A stretch of DNA of 64,000 bases, taken from assembly GCA_010015805.1 (NCBI GenBank), contig ML978121.1, positions 1,922,001-1,986,000 on the forward strand, read 5' to 3'. The stretch's first letter is position 1. The number at the start of each line of letters is the position of its first letter. The stretch is from Rhizodiscina lignyota. Taxonomy: Eukaryota. Below are positions 1-11,436 of the stretch, piece by piece. Below the pieces are notes generated by a model. It made no database searches. It saw nothing but the letters and a program-made list of their open reading frames with translations, and was not told the origin of the DNA. The position numbers and the translations under genes are program-made.

Positions 1-1365
1 CATTTGCACGACATCTTATCTCTTCAAACGATCTTCAAAAAGGCTCTTCCGAGCATGGCCACATGAACTTTCAAAAGTGCAAACCGAAATACCTAGTGAA
101 CGCCTGCAGTACTGTGTGATGACCGAGGCTTATTGTGCATGATGTTGAGCTGACCTCTGGAAATTGCGCGGGATTAATCTTACCATTTACGACGGTGGCG
201 GTCCCGAGAGGACCGAAAGAGCCAGCAGTTGCGATATGCTTAATCGCTGCGAATGATATGTCATTGGTGCACTTTTTACTTCAATTGACGTTTCTTCATG
301 TCTCTCCCCAAGAGGCCCGAGACGCCTCTCGCACGAGCACGCAGGAACAGGAGTTTCGGCGGGCGGAACCGGCCCGGAAGCGGCACCGTTCGAGTTCCGA
401 CGTCTAACGCCGACTAACGGTTTCCAGATCGTCCACGACGCTTCTGTACAGAGTTTAGGGGCGTCTGATATAATACGGCCGCTAACACCGTAATATATCG
501 ATGCTACGTGGCTGTGCTTCGCATTCGTGGTCCAGCGACTGGAAGGATCGCCAAAATTTCGCGACTGCTGTGGAAGCGGTGAAGTTAATTTCCTACGCCT
601 CAGGAACTCGTGTTGGAAAGGGCATACAGACTCTATCATCTCATTACAATAGGCACGCCAATAGCACAGCCCAAGTAGCTGAGGTTGAGGTGCACAGCGT
701 CGTAAAGTACTAACTGTGCAGACCTGCGGCCGCTCGCATTACTGCGTTGCGTAAAGCAAAGCTGCCAAGAAGGGCGGCCGAAAAAAGTGTGATTGGCCGG
801 CTCGCATTAAAGAAGTGCGCGACGGACTTCTTAGAGGGCCCGTAAGGATCGCTAACGGACGATCTTTCTAAATATTACCGCCGCTGCGGAGCAGGTCCCG
901 TCGCAGGCTGCCTCAAGTGGCCGGAGGGCTGAGGCTATGCTGAAACTGCCAGCGACGCATAACCAAGTAATATCTCTCCTCTCGTCTCCTACACTTCTAC
1001 AACTCTCTTCAATCTCTCATCTCTCCAACTGCAAACCATCCTGTCCTCTGCAAGGCTTTATCTATCCACCACGCACTCAGACACGCATCACCAGGCCAAC
1101 GCGGGGAAAGCGAGAGGTGTTCTCTTCGTATTGCAACGCGGCCTCTCTACTAGCCGGCACTCTGCAGGGGTCTGATCCAGCGAGCGCTGCTGACGCGGCC
1201 TTCTCAGCCCAGCACTGGTGAGAGCCATCCCTTGGCCGACTCCCCCAAAACCTCTTCGTCGCCTGATCGAGGCATTATTCCATTTTCCCAAACATTCCCG
1301 TCGCTCTGAACTCTCCAAAACACCTCTCTGTCGACAATACCAGTGCTCGACGCACTCCGACAGCA

Positions 1366-3237
1366 ATGACCGCCACCTTCTCCGCCATGGGTTTCAATAC
1401 TCAATTCCAGGGCAACCAGTGTATTGACCCGGCCGATATGGACAACTTTGTTGACTTTGGCACCATGCCTTCTCCCACTCCGTCCGGCTCGAACTCTAAA
1501 GCCCCGATGTCCCGCTCAGCGTCGACCATGACGAGCCCGACAAATACTATCGTTCCCCTCGACTTCAACGAAGAACAGGCACCCATCAAACCTAGCCACG
1601 AGTACAGTCGCTTCAAGCAACAGACTGGCCTCCCCACCGGCTCTTATCAGAGCTTGACTGGCCTTCCTCAGGAATTTGACGGCTTCAGCAACTCTGGCCT
1701 GGACCTTGGAATCGGCAGCTCGTCAATGTTTAATGGAATGGGCTCAAACAGTGGCCTGGGGATCGACGACTCGATGAACTTCGAAATGACCTCCTCGAAT
1801 GGCCTTCCTGCCTTCTTCTATCCGAACCGACCTTCCGATACCGATGACTTTATCGACCCCAGTGCTATTTCGCAAGAAGAGCAGCCACAACCTAACGTCC
1901 GCTTCTATCCTGGCATGCATCAGCAGCAGGCTGCATTGGCCAAGGCACAGCAGCAAGCACAACAGCAAAGGCAACAAATAATCCAGCAGCAACAGAAGCA
2001 ACACGGCTCGGAACAGCCAACCCGCAACCAAAGCACACGGAAATCCGTCACCCCCATCGACGCACGAACAGAAGAGACGATCGCTCGTGTTGTCAACCAG
2101 ATACGCCAGAACAGCTCCTTTGCCTCTGAGTCTGGTTCTCCTCCATCTAGTGCTCATCACATGTCGAGGTCCAGGAAGGATGAGGAGGATATGGATGAGG
2201 ATGAGCGTCTGCTCGCCAGTGAGGAAGGCAAGAAGCTGAGCAGCAAGGAGCGCCGCCAATTACGCAACAAGGTGTCAGCTCGCGCATTCCGTTCAAGGAG
2301 AAAAGGTTAGTGTTGAGCACCCTAAATATTCCGTCTGATATACTGACATTTTATAGAATACATCACCCAGCTCGAGGGTGAAGTCGCGATAAAAGTCAAT
2401 GAGGCCAATGAGCTTAAGAACGAGAACCGTGCATTGATCGAGGAGAATGCTCGCTTCCGCGAATTGACTGTCAAGCTCCTGCGACATCCCGCATTTACTC
2501 CATTCTTGGAAGACATCTCAAGGGATCCTGCCCTCTCCGACTCGTTGTCAAAGGTCACGTCCTCCATGAGCGCTTCGACATCCGCCGAGCCTACACCCTC
2601 CAACAAACATGTCAACTCCTTCTCCGCTCCCTCCCAGCAAATGCTCGATGCTCCTCAAAACAGCGACCTCCACATCGGCATGGCGACAATTCCTGAGACC
2701 CAGCTCGACTTCTCTGCTCTGAACATCAACGGTAACAACAACTGGACCATGCCCGGCATGAACGGTTTCGGCTTCCAGCAACCGCAGGTCTTCGCTGTCC
2801 TCGAGGTTCCAGAGGGACCTGCAGAGCTGCTTGACGCTAAGGCATTGGCTGGCAAGGGTGAGGAGTCGCTTATCGAGCGCTTCACACCTGTCGAAGATGC
2901 AAAGGAAGACTACCCCGTCATTGAGACCCCAACGGAATCGGAGCCAAAGGCTGTTGAGACCATCGTCGATGAGAGTGTTGAGTTTGACGAGTCTGACCCT
3001 GCTTTCGCTCTCTACGCCGATATTCCCGTCCAAACCTCATCCACAGCTGCACCTAAGGAAGAATCCTTCGTACCCATCCTCGGTCACATCACTCCAGAGA
3101 AGGCATTCGCGCGCTTCGAGCTTGTCCTCTCCGACGGCAGTGATGCTGCCGCTCTTGAGGAGCGACTTGCCTTCCTGTGTGCCCGCGCTGAGCGTTCCTT
3201 CCAACACCTTCAGGCAATGTCTGCTCAGTTTGAGTAA
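1366..3237 (+). CDS. bZIP transcription factor (LziP-like), 2 exons
   Basis: Basic region KKLSSKERRQLRNKVSARAFRSRRK joins EYITQLEGEV across a GTTAGT..TAG intron at 2306-2356 (branch ACTGAC). Gln-rich tract upstream. Confidence 0.9.
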
Positions 3238-3517
3238 ACATGCTTGTACTACTGGGATTTTATCGGATGATAGACTTACTTAATGCGGACACGAGTTTTC
3301 TTGCCTATGTACATTGGTGGCCATTGTACAAATAAGATGGGGGCAATGGCGATAGAGGTACGGAGTACTTTGAAACCTAGTTGCGGGAGGACAATGTACT
3401 GGCGTTATGGCAGGGTTTGATCATTTGATTACTCTATGCGGAAGCCACTGTAGAGCTTCTAGCTGTGGTATCGTACGTGGCTCCGAAAGACCACTCTGAA
3501 ATCTAAATATTGAGAAA

Positions 3518-3538
3518 AAGAATCAAGAATCAAGAATC
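3518..3538. repeat. (AAGAATC)x3 short tandem repeat downstream of the bZIP gene
   Basis: Three perfect 7-bp units visible directly. Confidence 0.8.
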
Positions 3539-4248
3539 AAAATTTCAAAATCGCGCTTTTTTTCAATTGTTCCGTGACATTGCTCTCCAGCTACCTTACC
3601 TGTCCTGTGTCATGTGCCCGCCCATTTTGACTGCGGAGGAGGTAAGTTAGTTCTTGGCAACCTTGAAATTTACGCGGAATTGAAGTTTTCCCACACCCAC
3701 CATTGGAGAGCTGCTCACTTCGTGTTTACTTTCTTCGCTCTTTTACCCTTTGCCAATACTTGAGATAAAGTAGAACACAAAATCCTGAGGAATCCGCGCT
3801 GGCTGCTTTTAATCGAGCAGTTTCACGCGTATCTACCAACACGATCCTCAGGACCCGCCTACGCCGCTCAATTACCTTCTCGCTCTGCTGGCAGAATAAT
3901 AAGTTTCAACAGGCGTGCTTCTGGAATTCGTCCCAGCGTACGGTTTCCAAGATCACGAACCAGCGCCCCGCTCATACGCCCGATCCTCGACGCGCATCGA
4001 ACACTGAGTCACAGAGCCAGTTCATTTCGCTCAACCCAGAGTCCCCACTCTCCTCGAATCCTAATGATCACTTGAAAAAACTCTCTCTCAGTCCAACCCT
4101 CAGAGCCTCCAGGTTCTCCAAGTCCTCATCCCGTCAGCGAAGCTTCATCCTCTTCCCAAAGCCATGGGATGCATCTTTCTCACGAAGTCTCAGGAATTTC
4201 ACAAGGATAGGCGGAAGGCTTAGGGCACCGATTGCCTGGAATCGAGCA

Positions 4249-7200
4249 ATGCTCTCGCACATACAGTTTATCAGCACGCCGACGGCTGACACGCCCGGTA
4301 CGACGCTTCTCCTTTGGTTCGATAACAAGCGGTACTTGGTTGGCAATGTCGCCGAGGGCGCGCAGCGTGCTCTCACCCAGATGGGTGCGAAGATGGTGAA
4401 GACTTCAGAGATATTCATCACGGGAAGAACGGAATGGTCGAATGTGGGCGGTCTGTTGGGCATGATCTTGACCTTGGCAGATTCAATCGTTTCTGCTGCG
4501 GAATGGGTCAACGAGACGACGAGAGCGAAGAAGGCAAGAAAGGGCCAGGTGCTCACGAAAGAGGAAGAGGTGAAGCCTGTGATGAAGATTTTTGGACCAC
4601 CTAATATCACACATATGCTGGCAACGGCGAGGCGATTCATCTTCCGGAAAGGACTACCGATGTTGCCCTTTGAAATCCGAGATGAGGAACCCAAGCGCGA
4701 TGCACAAGGAGTGTGGAAGCCTACATGGGAAGACGAGAATATCAAAGTCTGGGCATTAGCAATCAAACCGGAAGCGTCAGCCCAGGACGTAACAGGTACC
4801 GGATCCAGTTCGCCGTCTGGTAGAAAGCGTAGCATCCATGAAGTCTACGGCGATGATGGTGGTACGAGCACTCCTGAGACTGAAGCCGAACGAGAAGAGA
4901 GATACAGTCAGCTACGCCATGGGGTGGTTCACTCAATGTTTAATTCAGACTGGCAACTCGATCAGCTCATCGAGCAACCGCTATCGGAGGTCAAGCTGCC
5001 AGCTACATTGTTCGTCCGCAATCACGAGACGAGACAGTTTGAAGAGTATACTGGACCACTTCCTGGCGGTGATGAAACTGTGCCGGAGGATATCAAAGTC
5101 TGGGCACGGAAGCCATGGCCCGGCGCCTTGATCCGCTCATTACCACCAACCAAACCAGCGCCGGAAGCGATATCGTATGTCTTTTGCAATCACTACCAGA
5201 GAGGTAAATTCAAACCGAAAGTGGCCACGGAACTTGGAGTGAAACAGGGGCAGATTAGAGCCTTAATCGGCGGCCAAGCGGTACAGAATTCCAAAGGCGA
5301 AACTATCACTCCCGATATGGTCCTCGAACCTGGGAAAGTAGGAGGCGGTGTGGCCGTTGTTGACCTGCCCTCGGAGGAGTACATTGCACCGTTGATCCAA
5401 CGCTCCGAATGGAAGTCGCCCGATGTCATGACCGGTGTAGGCGGATTCATTTGGATCCTTGCGCCGGGGCTGGCATCAAATCCTACTCTTCAAAATTTCA
5501 TGCGAGAGATGGGTCATCTAAATCACATCATATCCTCAAAGGACTGTTGTCCCAACGAACTAGCAATGACCTCCGCCGCAGCAGCTCAAATGAGGCTAAA
5601 CCAAGTTGATCCTTCTCGGTATCCCCTTCCTCTGTACGACAACAAAGAGCCACAACTGGCTGATGAGAGAGTGGAAGCTACAACGATAGAGCTGCCTGCA
5701 TGTGCCCAAATTGCGCACCGTGGGCAGAGCATCCGTCTGAACCCCGATTTCAGGATTTCCAAAGAAGTCACTCAACCCGTTGAGCTCGCTCCTGTGGACA
5801 AGATGCAGGTCTCTGACGCGACCCTTCAGCTAGCAAAAGAGGCATATGAGAACATTGAGGTTGACCAGGAGAGCCTTTCGGCATGGAGGTCAAAATTACC
5901 GAGTCCTGATGCCGAAGTCATTACGTTGGGGACGGGCTCAGCATTACCTTCAAAATACCGTAATGTTTCTGCGACCCTCGTTCGAGTTCCTGGATACGGT
6001 TCCTACCTCTTGGATGCTGGCGAGAATACACTCGGCCAGCTCAAACGACTCTACTCTCCGAGCGAACTTCATGAGGTCCTCAAAGACCTCCGAATGATAT
6101 GGATAAGCCATCTCCACGCCGACCATCATTTAGGCACTACAACCGTCATCAAGGCTTGGTACAATGCTAATTACCCAGACTTGCAACGAAAACCAGGCAA
6201 AGTAGACATGACGCCTGGCTTGGATTTCAATCCGGATCAGCTCACATCTGTGCGCCGACTAGCTGTTGTTTCCGACACAGGCATGCTCGACTGGCTTGCT
6301 GAGTACAGTCAAGTAGAAGATTTCGGATACAGCCATATCGCGCCGCTGTACATCTCTTCCGTCGTCATGGGCAGGGAGAATTCTAAGTTGCATTGGGCGC
6401 CATCTCTTGCCACACTGGGGTCTCTCTCAAAAATCCCTTCCTCCATTTATCCCGCATTACTGGGCCTGAAAGACATCCAAGCAGTCAGCGTCAACCATTG
6501 TCATGGTGCCAAAGCTGTTGCGTTGACGTTTGCGAATGATTTCAAAGTTAGCTATTCAGGTGACTGCCGACCGAGCAATTCGTTCGCAGCGATTGGTAGA
6601 GGTACAACAGTGTTGATCCATGAAGCTACTTTCGATGATCTGTTAGCGGGCGAGGCTCGAGCAAAACAGCACTCTACTACGAGTGAAGCGCTGGGTATCG
6701 CAGCGGCGATGAGGGCGAAGGCTTGCGTTCTGACTCATTTCAGTCAGAGATATCAGAAGATTCCTGTCATGGAAACAATAGACCCCGGTAGTGAGGCAGA
6801 CGAGGACATTGACCTGGAGCATGTGGTTCCAAGTGCGGGAGAAGGTGGACCTGAAACGGGAGAGAAGGCCATCAATGCTGATGAGGATGCGGAGATTGAG
6901 GAAATGATGATGGATGTCGAAGGAGACTTTTCGGAGTCGAGATATGCTCGCCGAAAGAAGCGTAGTTCGAAACCTCGTCCCGACGAAGAATCGCTAAAGG
7001 CTCTTAACGCCAACGCGCCGGAAAACTCAGACGCTGCAGTGCCAAGCGATGAAGGAATGGCTGGAGAAAGGAAGATCAAAGTCATGGCGAGGGACTTGAA
7101 GGTTTGCGTCGCCTTCGACCACATGAGAGTTAAAGTCGGCGACATTGCTGCACTGGAGAAGTTTACTCCCGCGTTGGTGAAGCTCTTTGAGGAGGCGGAC

Positions 7201-7431
7201 AAGGAAGAGAAACCGGAGGGCACTGAGGACGGCAAGGGGGAAGACGGGCAGGCAGAGAAGGAGCCAAAGCAGAAGAAAGGAAAAGAGAAGAAGAAGGAAA
7301 AGAAAGTGGACGCTCCCGCGCAGAACAGCCCTGCAAAGTCGAAAGGCGACAAGATGGAAGTGGAAGGTCCTCAGCCACCGCCGCAGTCTGAGCCGGCCAA
7401 CGAGCAGCAACAGGAAGAAGCAAAGGAATGA
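4249..7431 (+). CDS. TRZ1: tRNase Z long form (ELAC2/Trz1), intronless; possible upstream non-AUG extension from 3799
   Basis: N-terminal TPTADTPGT, LGTGSALPSKYRNVS, metallo-beta-lactamase SHLHADHHLG, YSGDCRP, HEATF and LTHFSQRY. First in-frame ATG at 4249. Confidence 0.95.
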   Translation: MLSHIQFISTPTADTPGTTLLLWFDNKRYLVGNVAEGAQRALTQMGAKMVKTSEIFITGRTEWSNVGGLLGMILTLADSIVSAAEWVNETTRAKKARKGQVLTKEEEVKPVMKIFGPPNITHMLATARRFIFRKGLPMLPFEIRDEEPKRDAQGVWKPTWEDENIKVWALAIKPEASAQDVTGTGSSSPSGRKRSIHEVYGDDGGTSTPETEAEREERYSQLRHGVVHSMFNSDWQLDQLIEQPLSEVKLPATLFVRNHETRQFEEYTGPLPGGDETVPEDIKVWARKPWPGALIRSLPPTKPAPEAISYVFCNHYQRGKFKPKVATELGVKQGQIRALIGGQAVQNSKGETITPDMVLEPGKVGGGVAVVDLPSEEYIAPLIQRSEWKSPDVMTGVGGFIWILAPGLASNPTLQNFMREMGHLNHIISSKDCCPNELAMTSAAAAQMRLNQVDPSRYPLPLYDNKEPQLADERVEATTIELPACAQIAHRGQSIRLNPDFRISKEVTQPVELAPVDKMQVSDATLQLAKEAYENIEVDQESLSAWRSKLPSPDAEVITLGTGSALPSKYRNVSATLVRVPGYGSYLLDAGENTLGQLKRLYSPSELHEVLKDLRMIWISHLHADHHLGTTTVIKAWYNANYPDLQRKPGKVDMTPGLDFNPDQLTSVRRLAVVSDTGMLDWLAEYSQVEDFGYSHIAPLYISSVVMGRENSKLHWAPSLATLGSLSKIPSSIYPALLGLKDIQAVSVNHCHGAKAVALTFANDFKVSYSGDCRPSNSFAAIGRGTTVLIHEATFDDLLAGEARAKQHSTTSEALGIAAAMRAKACVLTHFSQRYQKIPVMETIDPGSEADEDIDLEHVVPSAGEGGPETGEKAINADEDAEIEEMMMDVEGDFSESRYARRKKRSSKPRPDEESLKALNANAPENSDAAVPSDEGMAGERKIKVMARDLKVCVAFDHMRVKVGDIAALEKFTPALVKLFEEADKEEKPEGTEDGKGEDGQAEKEPKQKKGKEKKKEKKVDAPAQNSPAKSKGDKMEVEGPQPPPQSEPANEQQQEEAKE

Positions 7432-7813
7432 AGGTAGATTGGTGAGGCCGCATTAGGATCAGCTCCAGACAACTCCGTCTGTGGATATCCGCGCCTACTA
7501 GAGAGTGTGAGGCATGATATAGACAGGGTAGACAAGGTGCTTCAGTTGAACCTGGATTTGCCGTCAAATACATCAATGTCGAATGCGACTTCGGTGCCTG
7601 CATATGCAGGAGAATATCGATGTGAATTAGACCTTACATTCCACCTCATCTAGTCACGTGATTCACGCTTGTAGCACGTGGTGTCAACTGTTGTCTTCAA
7701 TTGCATCAACCAATTCATCGAATTGCAGAAGCACCTTCGCATCGGTTCAATTTTGCAGAAGAGATTTGTCGCAGGGAATATCGCGACTTCCCCATTGATG
7801 ACGCAGCCACTAT

Positions 7814-7838
7814 ACGCGTTACACGCTGGTCGACGCGT
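7814..7838. promoter_or_regulatory. Paired MCB elements (ACGCGT) upstream of the RNR-inhibitor gene
   Basis: ACGCGT at 7814-7819 and 7833-7838; related GCGCGT near 7852 and ACGCGAA at 8087. MCB is the established fungal G1/S motif. Confidence 0.55.
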
Positions 7839-8370
7839 TCCATTTTGGTTGGCGCGTCCGCTTACCAGCCTTCCGGGTTCTTTCTCCAACCCCTCGCCTT
7901 TCTTCTTTCTTCTTTCACCACATCTGCCTGCGTCATCGGTGGGTCGACCACCAAAAGAGTCCCGAGTCTTTGACGCTGATAAGTCATTCTTCGTCAATTT
8001 CAGAATATCTCACACAACAATTCGGACACCGGTACCTCCTCCAAGCAGGAGTAATCAACACGCGCTGCCGCGGGACCGGCCTATTGACGCGAAGATTCGA
8101 ACAAGATAAAGCGAGATTCGTGGCTAGCTTCATTGTCGTCTTGATTGGAGTAGCCTGGAGCAGGTCCGGAGAGTACAGCTGTAGAAGCTATTCACACGCT
8201 GTACACCAATAACACCTCGGAAGAGGACCGAAGTCACGGAATCCTTCACGCATCGCAACACCTTCTAGTTTGCGAAGAATTGTCAAGTCCCACGGGACTT
8301 TTGTCACTCGATCAACTTTCTTTGAAGCGTTCAAGCGATACCTGCGACCACGAACTCTCCTTGAACCGCA

Positions 8371-9234
8371 ATGCCATCCGCCACCATGGCTCAGCATCGT
8401 AACAAGCGCCTCTTCCAACCTTCTATCACATCTTTCTTCGCTCATGCGGAACGAAATGGCGGAGATTTGATAGATTCATCGCAGTCCGAACAAAAGATGC
8501 CCGTCCTCCCGCCAAATGTGCAAGCAAACCTTTTGAACGTGGGCATGCGCATTCGGAAGTCAGTACCAGCAGGATATAAGAACAAGGCAGCTGACGACAT
8601 AGAGGAGGAGCGAAGGACGTTATACAACGCGCCCGTCGCTACAAGCTACAGACCAGCCGAGCTTCAACCTTTCTGTGGCATACATAAGATCGGCGGATTA
8701 GCGGCGCAGTCGGAAACGTATCAGGACATGAATATGAGCACTGATCCGGCTCTTCCAGTGGATGCACAGGCCCTGCTACCTCCGTCATCTTTCAACTCTG
8801 CTTTTAGTTCACTCTCGCAAGAGTCCTCCGTATCTACGTTATCAACCGATTCCATGCCCGCAGTGACCCCTCAATCAGCTCCCCTTTCAACGATCAATGC
8901 AAACACCAGATCACAAAAGCGACGATTTGAAGAGGACAACGACGAAAGGGAGCAGGACTGGGATGAGCGGATGGCATCGTTCGCGCCTCTTGAGCCTCCA
9001 ATCTCGCCAAGGACGCAATATCCCGTCAAGCACACATCAATGCCGAATTTCGCTGTCCTCACATCTCCTACGCTGGCAGCACGGACATACGCGCATCCGA
9101 CATCACGAGCCCGACGAAAGGACGCCAATAATCACTCTTACGTGGAGCTGGGTATGGCGGACGGTAATTTTGACTTCGAAGAAGCCGACTTCTTAAAGCC
9201 CCTGGAGGCTGATGAGATGGACATTGAGACTTAA
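8371..9234 (+). CDS. Ribonucleotide reductase inhibitor family protein (Spd1/Dif1-like) with N-terminal PIP box
   Basis: HUG-type motif QANLLNVGMRIRKSVPAGYK; QPSITSFF PIP-box pattern; acidic C-terminal DFEEADFL. Confidence 0.85.
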   Translation: MPSATMAQHRNKRLFQPSITSFFAHAERNGGDLIDSSQSEQKMPVLPPNVQANLLNVGMRIRKSVPAGYKNKAADDIEEERRTLYNAPVATSYRPAELQPFCGIHKIGGLAAQSETYQDMNMSTDPALPVDAQALLPPSSFNSAFSSLSQESSVSTLSTDSMPAVTPQSAPLSTINANTRSQKRRFEEDNDEREQDWDERMASFAPLEPPISPRTQYPVKHTSMPNFAVLTSPTLAARTYAHPTSRARRKDANNHSYVELGMADGNFDFEEADFLKPLEADEMDIET

Positions 9235-9668
9235 GCATGGCGGAGCTTTCGGGATATGGGGACTTCACCTTTGTACCTCTGCTTGACACCCTTTGCTACA
9301 CTATTACTCGAGGATACCACAGAAGGCGTTAGTTTGTACATTTGTAAAATTCAGAACTTCCGTTTCGTGAACCAAAAATAGAAGCATTGCAAATCTTCTT
9401 CTGCCTTTAAAGCGGCATTTCTTTAGAGACTTTTGTAATCTGTAAAGGAACAAAGAATGAAAATAATATTACTGAAAGCGTATCTCTAAATTCCCCAACC
9501 TTTACTTCCCTTTATATGCATGCATAGCCGTACGGGTCAATTAAATATATGTGCCAAGCCCGACACCGGCTCACCGCCTATGGAGCTTGATCCTCGTCAT
9601 TGAATGAACTCGAAACATCAGCTTTTTCTCTCACTCCTCTACCACCACCACTTCAAAGCCAGCTCCTC

Positions 9669-10930
9669 ATGTCGGCGTCCTTACCGGGCAGCCGTGAGCT
9701 GCCCACCTCCCAGTATAACCTCTCCACATACTGGGGACGAGTGCGTCACTCCACAGACATATCAGATCCCAGGTGAGAAAGCAAAATAACATGAATTGAA
9801 TAACCTTTGGCCTCCCAGCGTGGTGAGTTACCGCGGTTACGGAGTTTGTCTTTTGCAATTGGTCATTTCCCGTATCTTTAAAGCTTGGGCTAATTGGAAT
9901 CTCAAACAGGACTCTGTTAACATCTTCGGCCGGCCTCGAACATGCGAAGCAATTGGTAACATCATATAAACGGGGTGAAACTCGAGACATGAGTCCAGAG
10001 CTATGGCAGGCGAAGAAGATAGTAGACTCCACGTTACATCCTGGTACGTTATACCCGAGCTATTCTTCGAATAGTCCTTTCTCACAGTTTGGTACAGATA
10101 CTGGAGAACCGGTGTTGCTGCCATTTCGCATGTCATGCTTCGTTATATCGAACCTGGTAGTCACAGCTGGCATGTTGACGCCTGGTCTTGGGGTAAGGAA
10201 CTCTGAGTCGTTATTTCTCCTTCTCGGTGTTCACTGACACATTCACCAGACCTGGGGAACTCTGGGATGGCAAATAACGAACCAATCCCTCAACGTTGCC
10301 ATAAACAGCGCGAATGCGAACAAATCTACTCCCCTATCAAACGCTACGCTTGTAAAATCCTACCTCCTCGCCGTCAGTGCCTCCTGCTCCGTCGCCCTTG
10401 GCCTCAACGCTGTCGTGCCCCGACTCAAACGCCTTTCGCCTACCGCACGAACTACACTCTCTCGCTTAGTTCCGTTTGCAGCTGTTGCAAGCGCGGGTGC
10501 TCTGAACGTCTTTCTCATGCGTGGGGAGGAGATACGGCGGGGCATAGACGTCTTTCCCGTGCTGTCAGAAGAAGAGAAGCAGCAGAAAGAGAAAGACGGC
10601 AGTGAGGTGCAGAGCCTGGGCAAGAGTAAAGTGGCCGCTAAGCTGGCGGTCGGCGAGACTGCGCTCAGTCGTGTGATCAACGCGACTCCTATCATGGTGA
10701 TACCGCCATTGATCCTGGTGAGACTGCAGAGGACGGAGTGGTTGAAGCAAAGGCCAAGAATGGTACTACCAATTAATTTGGGGCTCATTCTTACCACGTC
10801 AATATTTGCGTTGCCGTTGGCGCTTGCAGTCTTTCCTCAGCGACAGGCGGTGAAGGCGAGCAGTTTGGAGGCACAGTTTCATCATAAAGGTGGTGAAAAC
10901 GGGATGGTTGAGTTCAACAGAGGAATATGA
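9669..10930 (+). CDS. Sideroflexin (mitochondrial carrier, Fsf1 family), 4 exons
   Basis: YNLSTYWGRVRH..DPRTLL, AKKIVDSTLHPDTGEPVLLPFRMS, NQSLNVAINSANANKS, LAVFPQ and C-terminal FNRGI. Introns at about 9773-9909, 10044-10097 and 10193-10249. Confidence 0.93.
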
Positions 10931-11436
10931 GGTCACGATACATGAGAAATGATACCATCAAGAGGGCTAATATGGCAGAAGCACATAGACGGAGGGTTGC
11001 GCAATATGATGATTCGCAAATACCTGTACAGCTCACATTATCGCCGCATACATAGTACATTTGATAAATCACAGAGCGACTGTGCTTTCCAAGCGATGAA
11101 ACCCGTTGTCGTACAGACTAATCTGCGCCTTGACCAAAATGTAACAGATGGCCCTAGGAAAATGTGATGGCACATGCATAAGGTTGGTCCCGCGGGTTTG
11201 GATGCCCAGTGCAGGCAGCTCGCACGTGATGGCCTTCCGGGCGGCGATTCAAACCTGGAAGCTCCGAGCCCCGCGTCTGGCAGCGTAAGCTCCTTTCCAC
11301 CACGTACTCAAGGCGGAAGTGCAGCGCAAGCAACGTAACTGCAAGAAGGCGCTTCGACGACTCTGCTTGTCAAGCCTTTCGCCTCCCCTTCCAAAATCAT
11401 CCAACTGAGCTGCTTGAACTCGAACAGGTGGCCAAA

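Noticed and set aside
1366..3237. HAC1/HacA with a non-canonical Ire1 intron
   Set aside because: The basic region is not HacA-like and the only intron needed is a normal GT-AG one.
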